DNA of 64,000 nt. Source: Eledone cirrhosa. Its lineage: Eukaryota. The DNA lies in assembly GCA_964016885.1 (NCBI GenBank), contig OZ024744.1:14198001-14262000 (forward strand), in the 5' to 3' direction. A program made the position numbers and the translations under genes. Positions 27,625 through 41,784 of the stretch are shown piece by piece; position 1 is the stretch's first letter, and every line of letters begins with the position of its first letter. The notes beneath the pieces were generated by a model that ran no database searches, was not told the DNA's origin, and worked only from the letters and a program-made list of their open reading frames with translations.

Positions 27625-28816
27625 TTAATATTTTTTTAAGGCAACGCTTGTAATAACTCTAGTTAAACAGGATATATATTAATAATAAATTATCGTTGTA
27701 ATGTAATTAGATTATGTAATTGTTATTATAAATTATCTTATAAATATTAGTGTAAGATGTATAAAAATATTTTCAGACTTTTAATATAAACAACTACAAA
27801 AAACAATCAATATTAAATCAATATATTATACATAATAGAAGACATAAAATAAACAATACAAATACAAAATATTTACATACAATTGCAATTATCAGTGTAT
27901 ATACATTTTCTTTATATTCCCTGAGCAAATTAATAAGATTTGTTTTTATTGTACATAATTTGATGACTTGTTGGTGTGTATTAAAAGATAGCAACAATTT
28001 GTGATTAAATTGTTATCTTAAGCAACTCACTTTTTAATAGTTGTTGGCTGAGCGAAATTGTAAAAGCCTATGAGCAAATATAAAAAAAAATACACAAACA
28101 ACATTTCCTTGTGTTATTACAACATTAGATAAAATAATTGAGCAATGTCGTTATATTTTGCTCTTATTGCACATTAATAGTGTTTCTATTTATCGGCACA
28201 AATCCATTACGGCAGTCCATTACTGGTACTTTATTTTATCGAATTAGTAAGTATGAAAGTCGAAGTTAACCTCGGCAGGATTTGAACTTAGAATGCAAAG
28301 GACCATAACAATACTGCAAAGCATGGTGTCTGACGCTCTACCAATACTTGTGTTGAGCTGGTCATTAATTTATGGTGGTCGTGCGTGGAGTAGAGCAATC
28401 GCTAGTTGAAATATTATGAACAAAACATTTTTATTTGCCGAAGAACATATTTTCAATACTGTTTGTGAATGTGACGAAGGAAATACATTCTGATATGGAA
28501 CAGTCTACAAAGTGTGTCTGTGAATAACATAATGTTACCTCATGTTGTTGTCAAGACATAATGGATTTCGTTTATCCAGTTAGAAGATGAAACCTAGCCA
28601 TCTCGGATTAGTTATATTTCATGCCATGTGTAAACGTGTTTGAGGATAGCAAAATATGCGTGTTTCTTGTCTGGAAACTTTCTGCTAAACAAATTTGTTT
28701 CAGTATATATTTAATATAATTATTATAATTAGCGCTTCAGGCTTTGTCTATATAATGAAACAAATTTGTAAGTCATTACCTAATTAAACTCTTTGCTTGA
28801 AATGTTATCATTCTTC

Positions 28817-28921
<105 letters not shown>

Positions 28922-30253
28922 TTTATCTAGTCCTTCGTTCAAGATTAATCTATAAGTTTAGATGTCTGCCTTCGTTTAAGTAAATATTACAGTAAGATTT
29001 TTAATATAAACAACTACAAAAAACAATTAATATTAAAACGAAAAAATTATCAATGATAAAAGAAGCGGATGCAATTTTTTTTTTATAAAGTTATATTCCT
29101 GTTTCTTTAAAGAACATTTCATTTTTGTTCTATTGTAGGCGAAATAATGCAATGGTTTAATAGGGAAGATATAACTTACCAATTATGTCTCTAACCGTGT
29201 AACGCTTTTTAAGTAGATAACTACAATTGAAAATACTAAAGAAATGGAACCAACAATTCAATTTGAAAGTCGTCTACTTATAGTGACAGTGTATTACTGG
29301 TACTTTATTTTATCGACCCCGTAACGATGAAATGCAAATGCTTAAACTTTAAATTGCCTTAATTCTATCGTCTGCTGTTTCATTAAAGGGAGATTCTCGT
29401 CTGTATTTAATTCTATCGTCTACTGTTCCACTAAACAGATATACCTCCACTATCGTCTCGATTTATACATTTTAACTTATAACTTATACACATTTGATTT
29501 GAAATATTTTATCTAGTCCCCCCTCTCAATATTATGATGATTTCTTTCGAATGAAACAGTTCTAGTCCTGTAGAAGCCATTTATATATATAATTGAACTG
29601 AGTTAAAAATTCACAATATTTATAATTAAATAAGCTCATATATATATGTGTGTATTTATCTGTTTATTGTATTATATATAATGTGTGTATATACAGGATG
29701 TCCCCCAAAAATATATACACACTTCAACAGCATTCTAATAACTATTGCCTGTACAGGTAATCAAAGTGTCAATCGAATGTTAGTTTCGTGTTTTAACAGT
29801 ACAAATTTACAATACACACATAACACACATAAAACCAGTGTATATACATACATGAGTGTGTATACACATACATGAATGTGTATATACAATATATATGTAT
29901 ATATATAGACATATATATTCACGGTGCAACGGAACATTAAAATATAGATGCGGGAGGGGGGTGTATATATAGGGGCGCTGAGGATAAAGGAGTGTAAAGC
30001 GTGTGTAATTGATATATTGAAGGAGAGGAGCGTGCAGCGATAGAGTAACAAATATATAGAGAGGGGGAGAGATGGTATTGAAGGGGAGGAGTGCAAAGCG
30101 AAAGAGTAAGAGAGATATATATAGAGACGGAACAGATAGAGAGAAACAGGCGTAAGTAACAGTGGAAGAGATATATAGAGAGGGGGAAATGTGTTATTGA
30201 AGGGGAGGAGTGTAAAGCGAAAGCGTAAGATATATATAGAGAGAGGGGGAATA

Positions 30254-30301
<48 letters not shown>

Positions 30302-30821
30302 ACACTTACTCTGATTGGTTGAAAATTAGCCAATGACATACGATCACCACCACCACGGCTATCCCCGAAAAATTTATGAAGAAGCTAGGCATATATGTTA
30401 GAACACGAAAAGTGAACACTTTTCGTGTTCTAACAGATATATAAAGTTGAGGAAGAGAGTGTTTTATATATATCTGTATTATATATGTGTATGTGTGTGT
30501 GTGTGTATATGTGTGTATGTAGAAGTATATACGTATCTATTTATATGTATATATATAGGTGTAGGATAGAGTGTTATATATATATATGTGTGTATGTGTG
30601 TGTAAACGCGCCTGTATTTATTACCTCAATTACGTCCTAAGTGTCGTCCGTCAGACTTATGTAAAGTCAACAAAAGGAAAGGAAGGCGATGGAAAGCGAG
30701 GAATATGTACAAATATGTAGAGTAAAGCACATGATTTTGACATGAATGAAAGAAACTAAGTTTGGAAGTGAAAAATGTGTTCTGACGTCACATGACACAC
30801 ATTTGTTATATATGTATATAG

Positions 30822-30982
30822 CTATATCTACAGAGTGGCTTACAATGTGTGTAAAAGTGAGAGACCTGGCACAGATGTTATTTACAATGAATACATGTAG
30901 TAAAACTAGTAAAACTTTATCTCCTCCAGCTAGAAAGAAATTGATGAAAGATTTACCGAATATTTTTGAAATCGATGATCAG
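30822..30982 (+). CDS. Candidate host-gene exon
   Basis: AG|...CAG|GTTAGT; open frame ISTEWLTMCVKVRDLAQMLF...KKLMKDLPNIFEIDDQ; non-repetitive. Confidence 0.4.
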
Positions 30983-31030
30983 GTTAGTATATTTCATATC
31001 AATTTTATTTTATTTACACATTTAATTAAC

Positions 31031-31210
31031 AATTGTTTCTACTTTTGGCACAAGGCCAGCAATTATCCCAGTGCATTACTGGTACTTTATTTTATCGACC
31101 CCGTAAGGATCAAAGGCAAAGTTAACCTCGGCAGGATTTGAAATCAGAACGTAAAGAGCCGTAACTCAATGCTCCAAAGCATCGCGTCCGACCCTCTACC
31201 GATACTGCCA
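31031..31210 (-). mobile_element. tRNA-derived SINE
   Basis: Near full-length match to 25483-25671. Confidence 0.88.
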
Positions 31211-31590
31211 TTTTTTATACAACTGCGAATAAAATTTTACTTCATTACTAATTAATTAATTAAGTAAAATTTTATACACATTTGTATAAAAAATATAAAA
31301 ATATAATGCTTACAGAAGGAAAACACAAACAAATATATATACACACATATATACAGGGGCGGTGGAACTGGAGGGAGAGGGACATGCGTCACCCCACCAA
31401 TAATTATATTTTCTACCCAAACTACCAAAACACACATCTATTTTTATACATGCTACAATTTATATACATGTTATGTTTATCACATATCAATGTTTATCAC
31501 ATATCAAACATACCTTGGTTGATATTTGATAATAAGCTAAACTAATCACTACAACTAAATTGACCAAATTCCCCCACCTCATCCCACCCA

Positions 31591-31634
<44 letters not shown>

Positions 31635-31708
31635 CAAGGGCGGTGCCCCAGCATGGCCTCAGCCGGATGCCTGGAACAGGTAAAAGAGTAAAAGAATATA
31701 CATATATA

Positions 31709-32145
31709 TATAACGGAATACTCCTATGTTTTACCGGCGAAGATTCGAAACCAAATCTGAGCTTTCTCGCCTCTGGGACACGCTATCGTTGGAAGTTCTC
31801 ACCATTGTCCTGTCAAGACAACGATGATAAATGTACACTCCACTTGACCTGTGACCCCAGCTTCTTGGAAGACGATAACCACAGGGCTGTTCATAAATCA
31901 ACGTCATATATCCATCGTTCTAACTTTAGCACTTATTATAAATACAGGGAGTTAAGGAACCCAAAGGTCAGACTCGAAGCGGCAGTCAACAAGATAACGA
32001 TATAGCATCAGTAGACCTTTCACTCTATCTTTCTCCTGGCTCTTAGTAGCTTACCTCTTCGGCCACCAAAACAGCCAGACAGCCAGCCATGCCTGCCCGA
32101 CAGATTGGCCGCTACTACTATGAGAATAATATATTCTAAGAATAG

Positions 32146-32185
<40 letters not shown>

Positions 32186-32262
32186 TAAGTTCATATTGTT
32201 TGCATTATACTCTCATCCTATTTTTCCCTGTCATATTGTATCTGTAAGACACAACTTATACA
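31709..32262 (+). mobile_element. Probable solo LTR, family of 3531-4001
   Basis: Shared 5' ~150 bp; TATA-like TTATAAATA; ends approximate. Confidence 0.45.
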
Positions 32263-32508
32263 ATATCGTCTTCTCTGATACATGCATTCACGTTAGCTCG
32301 TAGAGCTAACAATTTAGCGACGGTTTATGTCATAAATAATATTGCTCCATGTGAAAATCGAACATTGTTATTGTGAAATAAACATTGTTAACAACTCAAT
32401 CATGGCATTATTCTTTTCATCAAAACTACCATCAAAAGAACACCACGTATCTGCTACCCCACCCCTATATATATATAATACACACACACACATACATATA
32501 TATATATG

Positions 32509-32542
<34 letters not shown>

Positions 32543-32597
32543 CACACACACACATACATATATATATGTATTATATATATATATATATAATACACAT

Positions 32598-32649
<52 letters not shown>

Positions 32650-32958
32650 GGGAAATGTCAACAAGAAGAAATATGACTGGAGAACAATACAGTACAATGA
32701 TGATATATACTAGTTCAACGCTGTATGTGTGTGTGTATATATATATGTATGTATGTATGTGTGTATGTATGTGTGTATATATGTATTATATATGTATATA
32801 TATATATTTCTAAAGATGTTAAACATACATACACTCACACGCCTGATAAAACGGGATAATAAAAAGTCCTCAATAATGAAAGTAGAGCTACATAAATTTA
32901 TTGAAACCTAAAACTTCATAAGTCGTTGGTCTGAATTTCTAGATTCTGATCACAACAT

Positions 32959-33022
<64 letters not shown>

Positions 33023-33199
33023 TCTCTCTCTCTCACACACATACATATACATATACACATACACTCACACTCACAAGTACAGGAGTTGATTTAAACTTCG
33101 CCTCCCATAACATTGCCGGCCTTGTGCCCAAATCAGAACCCATTATCATACGTCTAACACACTAGCTACTAAGCAACCCCCTCCTGCTTTTTCTTCCAG

Positions 33200-33305
33200 T
33201 GCGGATCACTCCTTCTTTTCAACGGGTCCTGTCAGAAGCAACTGTCTCCTATCGATCTGGCTGGATCCCCGAACCTGACCAACCAAGATCATGTTAAATT
33301 CATAG
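33200..33305 (+). CDS. Weak candidate exon
   Basis: CTTTTTCTTCCAG| acceptor and AG|GTGAGC donor; open phase-0 frame CGSLLLFNGSCQKQLSPIDLAGSPNLTNQDHVKFI, compatible with the phase-0 end at 30982. Confidence 0.25.
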
Positions 33306-33994
33306 GTGAGCTTGTCATCCCAGGCTACATCCCTACTCACTGCTATCGAAGCGGAGTTAGCTACCCGCAAGGCCTTCAGAACTTATGACTTTTTTAGGGC
33401 CTTCTTTACTGAAGGATCAGTATGCAGTTTGTTACTAAATTAATGTAAAGCAGTTTTGTATAAAAACATATAAAATGACTGATTTGCTCTACAGTATCTA
33501 CATATGTTTGGGACTTTGTTAATAGATGGTTTCAAATTTGACAGTGGGTGAAATTTCAGCTGTTGTCTAGGGATTCCCCCTCTCTGGGTTTATATAGTCG
33601 TACGACCATAGTAACTATTCTGTAAGACGAAATTATACTGTACTCACTATATAATATGATACTATAACCATGCTGTGTATTAGTATATCATAGCAGATCT
33701 GCTTGGCCAGGGTTGACCTGCCTCAGATCGGAAACAACAATATCTTCAGAGGCAAATACATATCACTAATACCAGGAATAGATTAAACTTACATGGGGTG
33801 GGAGATGGAGGTGACACTAGTTAAAATTTTTCATCAGAGGAAGTGGGCTGAAGTGTCTCCCATAATATTTATGGTAACCAATATATGAAGAACTAGCGTC
33901 CGAAACGTTAAGACCCTCTTCCTGCTATATCAAACGTTAACCTAATATATACCTTCCATATATTGTTCCGATTGTGTTGTTATTTCTGTTTACC

Positions 33995-34166
<172 letters not shown>

Positions 34167-34621
34167 CGTTATACTTGGGGAGGGTCATATTGTTGTAATA
34201 GTATTGCCAGAATTAATAACATAACACACTCACTATTTGGTTGGTTTTCGTCGTCATATTTATATATAACCCGTGTAGAGAAATTATTTATTATTTGTAC
34301 AGATTAAAGTTTAAGCAAAGAATCGCTGCTTTCACCCTTTTACGGGATCTGAAATATATATATATATATTTTTTATATAAAGCTCTTTCGTCACACATTT
34401 TGTGTCCCCCTCAATAACTTCTTCTTCTCCTCCTCCATCTTCATGTTACTATAAAGTTATATATATAGAAGAGAGGCTATCTTCCCACCAATCTAGAAAT
34501 GACTGTATTATTGACGTTAAAGCAAGTTATCTTAGATTATTATCGGGGTCGATAAAATAAAGTAGCAGTAATGCACTGGGTAATTGCTGGCCTTGTGCCT
34601 AAAGTAGAAACAATTATTATT

Positions 34622-34813
34622 GGCGGGGGATTAGCAGTATCGGTAGAGAGTCGGACGCCATGCTTTGACGCATAGAGTTACGGCCCCTTCCATTCTGAGT
34701 TCAAATCCCGCCGAGGTTAACTTTGCCTTTCATCCTTACGGGGTCGATAAAATAAAGTACCAGTAATACACTGGGTAATTGCTGGCCTTGTGCCGAAAGT
34801 AGAAACAATTATT
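34622..34813 (+). mobile_element. Full-length tRNA-derived SINE (preceded by a partial copy)
   Basis: TAGCAGTATCGG box A, GAGTTCAAATCC box B, family body. Confidence 0.9.
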
Positions 34814-34990
34814 ATATTCTCAAGGATACTTCCTGTCTTCTTTGTGTTTTTTTATTACTTTATGTTTTGAAGTTTTGTTTAGTAGTTTTTTTTTAATTTC
34901 CTCCCGCACAGTGAACTCTCATCATTCATATTTCGCTGACAACAGTAGTACTTTTATTTTTGTTTTAAAGTAGTATAACACACACACACA

Positions 34991-35033
<43 letters not shown>

Positions 35034-35175
35034 ACACACACACACGAGTATATACATATATACATACATACACAAAAGCATTAAATGGTCCAATGTTCCA
35101 AAGGAGTGTCCAAGTGGAAGTAGATTGAAGGCAAATCCAGTACCTTAGTGAAGATCTAAAGATATACATACATAC

Positions 35176-35267
<92 letters not shown>

Positions 35268-35295
35268 ATCTCTCTCTCCCCCTCTCTCCCTCAAT

Positions 35296-35354
<59 letters not shown>

Positions 35355-35366
<12 letters not shown>

Positions 35367-36830
35367 AAGAATCAAAGAACTGTTCAAAACATTATTGTGC
35401 TTACAGCTGTTTCCTCCAAACCGAGGTTTGGATTCTTCGGAGCAATTTATTAATGCATGGACAGTTATATGACCTCCTTTTCAGCCGAGTGACATACCAA
35501 CACATATTCAAACATTGATACATATTCAAACATTGTGGGTCAACATTCATTACAGAATTTAGAGTGGCAGTACACACTTCGAGATTACATTTATATTAAT
35601 AGGTACAATCAAAAATCAAAGATATAGGTTAAAGTACAACATGAAGATAAGTGGTTATATAGTGCAAATGTTATATGTGTGGCACGCATGTGCGTCTTGT
35701 TTATACAGTGTGGCAGAGAGATATGTGTGGTAGAGGCACTTAGGTAGGTAAATAAGAGTGTTAGGTTGGTAGATCTGGTGGCAAAGTCTTTATATGATTG
35801 ATGTAGTCTGTGTGTGGAGAAATATTATAAGCATTAAAGATAGTGCAAGCATTAAAAGTGTTATAAGTATTGGAGATGCACAGCGCAGGGATGTCAAGTA
35901 ATTCATGTACTTCGGCATTTTCATGGTCAAGGGAGTGTATATTTCGATTATATGCCTTTCACATAATCCACGACAATCCAGTTAGAGATCGTAGTCTGGT
36001 GTTCTTTAGTTCGAACTAAAGAACACCAGACTACGATCTCTAACTGGATTGTCGTGGATTATGTGAAAGGCATATAATCGAAATATACACTCCCTTGACC
36101 ATGAAAATGCCGAAGTACATGAATTACTTGACATCCCTGCGCTGTGCATCTCCAATACTTATAACACTTTTAATGCTTGCACTATCTTTAATGCTTATAA
36201 TATTTCTCCACACACAGACTACATCAATCATATAAAGACTTTGCCACCAGATCTACCAACCTAACACTCTTATTTACCTACCTAAGTGCCTCTACCACAC
36301 ATATCTCTCTGCCACACTGTATAAACAAGACGCACATGCGTGCCACACATATAACATTTGCACTATATAACCACTTATCTTCATGTTGTACTTTAACCTA
36401 TATCTTTGATTTTTGATTGTACCTATTAATATAAATGTAATCTCGAAGTGTGTACTGCCACTCTAAATTCTGTAATGAATGTTGACCCACAATGTTTGAA
36501 TATGTATCAATGTTTGAATATGTGTTGGTATGTCTCTCGGCTGAAAAGGAGGTCATATAACTGTCCATGCATTAATAAATTGCTCCGAAGAATCCAAACC
36601 TCGGTTTGGAGGAAACAGCTGTAAGCACAATAATGTTTTGAACAGTTCTTTGATTCTTATATTTCATATAACTGCTCTGTAAATCATCTGATGTTTTTAC
36701 ATTGAGCTACTTAACTTACTGGTAATAAGGTAGTAATACATTACTGCCTACCACTATTTAGGGTGTGTGTAAAATACTTACAACTGCTTAAGGTTTTGTG
36801 TTTACATAACCATAAATAGTATAACTAATA
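35355..36830. mobile_element. PLE-derived 1.3-kb spacerless palindrome plus one-sided tail
   Basis: Arms 35355-36012 / 36013-36670, centre AGTTC|GAACT; HHR in each arm; bulged hairpin 36674-36707; (TA)n flanks. Confidence 0.88.
36581..36627 (+). ncRNA. Minimal hammerhead ribozyme, CCGAAGA core variant (mirror 35398-35444 minus)
   Basis: TGCT-CCGAAGA-aTCCAAACC tc GGTTTGGAg-GAAA-CAGCTG-TA-AGCA. Confidence 0.75.
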
Positions 36831-36854
36831 CTATATATATATATATATTTATAT

Positions 36855-37394
36855 ACAATGATATTAAATAAATGGAAACTATATTTATAAAACCATATTT
36901 ATTCTATTATATATATTTCAAGGGCACCAAAAACTTTGGTACGCTTTCATCAGATAAAATACAAAGAGTGTTTTATAAATTTTGACATAGCCAAGGAAAA
37001 CATACCTTATCGGTTGAATATTCCTTGGGTAGTGAGATTAAAGAACGGATTTTTCAAACTTATGGATGAGTATGCAAATGAATATGTAAATAAGGATGAG
37101 TTATATGATTGAAAAACCGTTATTTTTAACGCTATGGAAAGTTTAAAATAACGGTTTTTCAATCATATAACTCAACCTTTTCATACTCATCCATAAGTTT
37201 GAAAAATCCGTTCTTTAATCTCACTACCCAATGAATATTCAACCGATAAGGTATGTTTTCCTTGGCTATGTCAAAATTTATAAAACACTCTTTGTATTTT
37301 ATCTGATGAAAGCGTACCAAAGTTTTTGGTACCCTTGAAATATATATAATAGAATAAATATGGTTTTATAAATATAGTTTCCATTTATTTAATA
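36855..37394. mobile_element. Non-autonomous PLE inverted insertion; tail displaced to 38592-38690 by a Helitron
   Basis: About 260-bp arms around a ~12-nt spacer at 37130-37142; HHRs at 36900-36961(-) and 37295-37356(+). Confidence 0.85.
37295..37356 (+). ncRNA. Minimal type I hammerhead ribozyme
   Basis: TATTTTAT-CTGATGA-AAGcGTACCAA agttt TTGGTACcCTT-GAAA-TATATA-TA-ATAGAATA. Confidence 0.9.
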
Positions 37395-38591
37395 ATAGCA
37401 TTAAACCCCGGCGTTGCTCGGGGTCAGTAAGTTATCAAAGTTAGGTTGCACCACCCATTTTATGGCAGCACTTTTTTGTCTGCCAGGCACTGGGTGAATG
37501 AATTGCAGACCTGGATTGCCGAAGCAGGAGCTGCGCCAGCAGTGACAATGTAGTTTCGCCTATGGATATTATCTCTGCGCAAAGAAGTGTTGAAATTTAT
37601 TGTTTCACAGTACTTGCGCAACACGCGCGTAGACGATGCCAGCCGAACAACAGAGCTGCGATGGAGTTGTTCTGCATGGTTGTCTAATGTGTGTTTTCTA
37701 AATTTAAGACAGTAGGGAGGGGTGTGATATGGGGGAGAGTTAGCTGCTGTTTCTAGCAGGTTTAGTGACCTCATAGAGGATATGTGTTTTCTAAATTTAA
37801 GACAGTAGGGAGTGGTGTGATATGGGGGAGAGTTAGCTGCTGTTTCTAGCAGGTTTAGTGACCTGATAGAGGATATGTTTTCTAAATTTAAGACAGTAGG
37901 GAGTGGTGTGATATGGGGGAGAGTTAGCTGCTGTTTCTAGCAGGTTTAGTGACCTGATAGAGGATATGTTTTCTAAATTTAAGACAGCAGGGAGTGGTGT
38001 GATATGGGGGGAGAGTTAGCTGCTGTTTCTAGCAGGTTTAGTGACCTCATAGAGGATATTATTGTGTATAGTAAATAAACTGATACTTCTTTCTTCCACG
38101 TTCGTTGAGAGGTTTTAAAAAAGATTTATCGCTATTTTTTTTTGTTATTGAATAAATTTATCTGTTGCTTTTGAATAATTGTTGTTTCGTATGAAATGTA
38201 ATAAGTTCTCTTTGTCATTGAAGTAAATAAATGTTTGACCGTTCCACACTCAAAAACAAACGTTCTGTCTCTCTCTCTCTCTCTCTTTGTCACGCTCTTC
38301 TCTCTCTCTTTGTCACGCTCTTCTCTCTCTCTTCGGCGTTCCTAAAGGAAGTTTATAAGCATGTATGCAGTTTTATCGAATTTTCTGGGGAGTAGAGAGA
38401 GTAAATCAGATTGTATTAGAGGGGTGAAGCGTTATGTATTGAGTTTTATCGATTATTTCCGTCGTTGAACTAAGTTAGACCATTTTCAACATTCTTACAG
38501 ACTTGAGTCGAATCGGTTTGAAATTGTGCAAATGTATAAACATGGAACATGCACACACAGACACACACAACAACAATCTGCCTTTTATAGA
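37394..38591 (-). mobile_element. Non-autonomous Helitron-like element
   Basis: 5' TCTATAAAAGGCAG followed by a (TG) tract; 3' hairpin CCCCG agcaacgc CGGGG then TTTAATGCTAT (CTAG-like); flanks rejoin into a PLE end. Confidence 0.7.
37690..38058. repeat. 4 x 91-93-bp tandem repeat inside the Helitron
   Basis: CTAAATTTAAGACAG at 37698, 37791, 37882 and 37973. Confidence 0.95.
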
Positions 38592-38705
38592 TAATGATCA
38601 ATGAATATTTACTCCAGAAACCTGTCGAGTGTTCTGAATCAGTTATAAACATTTATATTTGTTGAATTTCCAACAAATTAAATATCCCTTCCACTTATAT
38701 ATATA

Positions 38706-39000
38706 TATACTTTGGGAGGGTCATGTTGCCAATAAAAACACACACACCTGTTGGTTTTCACTTCACTTTATTGTAAATCTCCAGTTGGTTGGCTGGTTCA
38801 ATAACCAGTTGGTTGTTTATATATTGTCAAAGCACTTTCGTCACACATTCTGTGACCTCCTTAGTGACGAGGTTTTTATTTTGTGTCTATATTTGTTCTG
38901 TCCTACACCATCTTGTTTTTGTAGTATAACAATATCTGTTTCAACACACGTTTTCAGATAAGAAATCTTGCAAAACAGATTCAAAAACGAAATAGAAATA
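38706..39000. mobile_element. Short PLE insertion (family of 4290-4889), HHR core mutated
   Basis: Minus-sense arm 38706-38922 with CTAAGGA core; opposite arm only about 13 nt (AGTATAACAATAT) plus family tail. Confidence 0.7.
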
Positions 39001-39685
39001 TATATATATATATATATATCATAAAACATGTCTTTAGAATCACTAGATATAATATATACCATTTCATCTCCCAATTAGCATAATTAACCATATAAAAAAT
39101 CAATTAGACCAAGCTATAAGAATAAAGGCTCCTATGAAGAAATCTCCGACAAATAACCGAAAGCAGCCCCTTCGCGGCGGCTACGATGGAGTGTTTATCG
39201 AACATTTCGACAGCATGTATAAATCGACCAGATATACAGTCAACTAAACACAATTAGGTGTAAAATAAACTTAGACGAAATGCGTACATGGTTTCATCCG
39301 TATTTTAAGAATCTGATAACAGGGATTGTCCAGAGCTTCGGATTCATCAGGAGTGAGCTCAAAATTAGACATTTAATTTTCCAAAGTGATCGCGCCAAAA
39401 ATACATTCAAAAATGGCTAAGAATCGTGATGTGGCAGCGGTCAAGTTAGAAAGGATGTGATTAGTTGCTTACGGCGGGTAGGCTTATTGCTAGAAAGCGC
39501 AGCCCAATATAGCCAAATTGTATCTCAACCTAACGGGAGATTATTACATATAAAGGTTCACATATATATAAAGTCATAGATATATATGTGTTTTGCCACG
39601 GGTCACGTTGTGGCTCAATGAAGAATTAATAAATTAAATAGTCAGAGCTATATATCATAAAACATGTCTTTAGAATCACTAATAC

Positions 39686-39743
<58 letters not shown>

Positions 39744-39744
<1 letters not shown>

Positions 39745-40150
39745 GGAGAGATGACCCCTAAGCCTTTGTCAAGACAGAATTCTAGGAGAAGGAAAACTCT
39801 GATATAACACCTGCAACCCTGATGGTATCCAATGATGTTGACTTGTTCTTCTTTTTGGTAAATATCATCTTGGTTAAGAGAGTGGGACTGGCTTTGTGCA
39901 GTGCCTTTGCTCACTATAAAAGCTTCACAGCACAGGCATTGCTTTATATCTGGAGATCTCTCTGCACTTGTCATCACAGGGTACAATGGGCCCAGCACTA
40001 TGTGTCAGTAATTGTCACAAGTGTAGTGTTTGTACCAAAGTTTTCAAGTCGCTAGCTGGACTAAAAACCCACACTCGTTCAGCGTATCGGTAGGGGTTCT
40101 CCTACATGGATATAAAGTAGTGGCCGTACTCGAAAAAGAGTTGGCAGCCA

Positions 40151-40152
<2 letters not shown>
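39744..40152 (-). mobile_element. Second copy of the 8603-9160 repeat
   Basis: Direct similarity; embedded in (TA)n on both sides. Confidence 0.75.
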
Positions 40153-40247
<95 letters not shown>

Positions 40248-40307
40248 TATGTACACATACATGTATATACATACATATGTATATATACACACAAACACAC
40301 AGATATA

Positions 40308-41321
40308 TTTAACGAAGAGTGTAAGTAAGAAATTGTTAAATGATTAACATGGTTATTAGATGAAATAACAAGAATAAATGATTTATTTCAGATATAAAAA
40401 GGTTTACTTCACTTGAGACAAAAAGAACAATAATCAAGTTACCACAATTTGCGAAGGTTGACAATGTTATTTTGTTGTTGATGTGATTACAGCGAGCGAG
40501 CTGATAAAGTTTGTTGGTGGTTGCAGTCAGTGGTAGTAGTTCTCTTCGTGAGTCTGGTTTTGTCTCCGACCAGGAGGCTTGAAGATAGCGGTGAATCTTT
40601 CACATAGTAGCTTGTCTGTATCGTGGTGCTCCGATCTCTCTGTATGTCTGTAGACGTCTGGGGCTTGAAGATAGCGGTGAATCTTTCACATAGTAGCTTG
40701 TCTGTATCGTGGTGCTCCGATCTCTCTGTATGTCTGTAGACGTCTGGGGCTTGAAGATAGCGGTGAATCTTTCACATAGTAGCTTGTCTGTATCGTGGTG
40801 CTCCGATCTCTCTGTATGTCTGTAGACGTCTGGGGCTTGAAGATAGCGGTGAATCTTTCACATAGTAGCTTGTCTGTATAGTGGTGCTCCGATCTCTCTG
40901 TATGTCTGTAGACGTCTGGGGCTTGAAGATAGCGGTGAATCTTTCACATAGTAGCTTGTCTGTATCGTGGTGCTCCGATCTCTCTGTATGTCTGTAGACG
41001 TCTGGGGCTTGAAGATAGCGGTGAATCTTTCACATAGTAGCTTGTCTGTATAGTGGTGCTCCGATCTCTCTGTATGTCTGTAGACGTCTGGGGCTTGAAG
41101 ATAGCAGTGAATCTTTCACATAGTAGCTTGTCTGTATCGTGGTGCTCCGATCTCTCTGTATGTAAGGAGGGAAAATATAGGCTTTATATACCTGTCGCTT
41201 TCTGTCTCCCACCTTGAGGGGATAGCCCACACCTGAACCTGTTCACACCAAAAACGTGGTGACCTAGAGTTTGATCTCAAGGTGTCATCCAAGGTTCAAG
41301 ACGTGGACAGATTTCGCTACA
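40308..41321 (-). mobile_element. Probable solo LTR containing an 86-bp tandem array
   Basis: Starts TGTAGCGAAA; TATAAA just upstream of the array; AATAAA near the end; degenerate terminal TTCGTTAAA. Confidence 0.5.
40576..41162. repeat. About 6.8 x 86-bp tandem repeat
   Basis: GAAGATAGC at 40581, 40667, 40753, 40839, 40925, 41011 and 41097. Confidence 0.97.
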
Positions 41322-41749
41322 TATATACATATATTATAAAGAAAGGGGTATCAGTGTTGCATCATATCACATTTATTAATATATTACACATGTTTCTCCG
41401 TTGATCAGCTCGAGACAAGATCTGTTACAGGTCGAACCCGACTCTGAAGTTGAAGGATCTTCAGATATGTTTTGTGTGTTCAAACATCTCAGCTGTTATT
41501 TATCTGTAGTACATATTAGCATCCTGCTATTTCGGCCTTTTCATTGGTTCAACAATGCCATCATCATCATCTTTCTACCAACTGTCATTAGTCCATTACC
41601 TGGTGAAACTGCCGTATTCTTTCAGGCATCACCTGCCATCACATATAATTGTTTGTCAGTTACTGCTACCTTACCATTCTCACACAACTGACTTCACTAC
41701 ATATACATGTACACACACACACACGCACACACGCTCACACACACACAGC

Positions 41750-41784
<35 letters not shown>

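Noticed and set aside
33839-33922. Hammerhead relic (GGAAGTGGG-CTGAAGT...GAAACGTTAAGA-CCCTCTTCC)
   Set aside because: Stem I pairs but core, stem II and cleavage triplet are mutated; not called as a feature.
39270-39360. Hammerhead on minus (CTGATGA-ATCCG..CGGAT-GAAA)
   Set aside because: Stem II pairs but no convincing stem I or III; at best degenerate.
40576-41162. CRISPR-like regular array (also 37690-38058 and 45280-45777)
   Set aside because: No unique spacers, no cas genes, eukaryotic context; these are plain tandem repeats.
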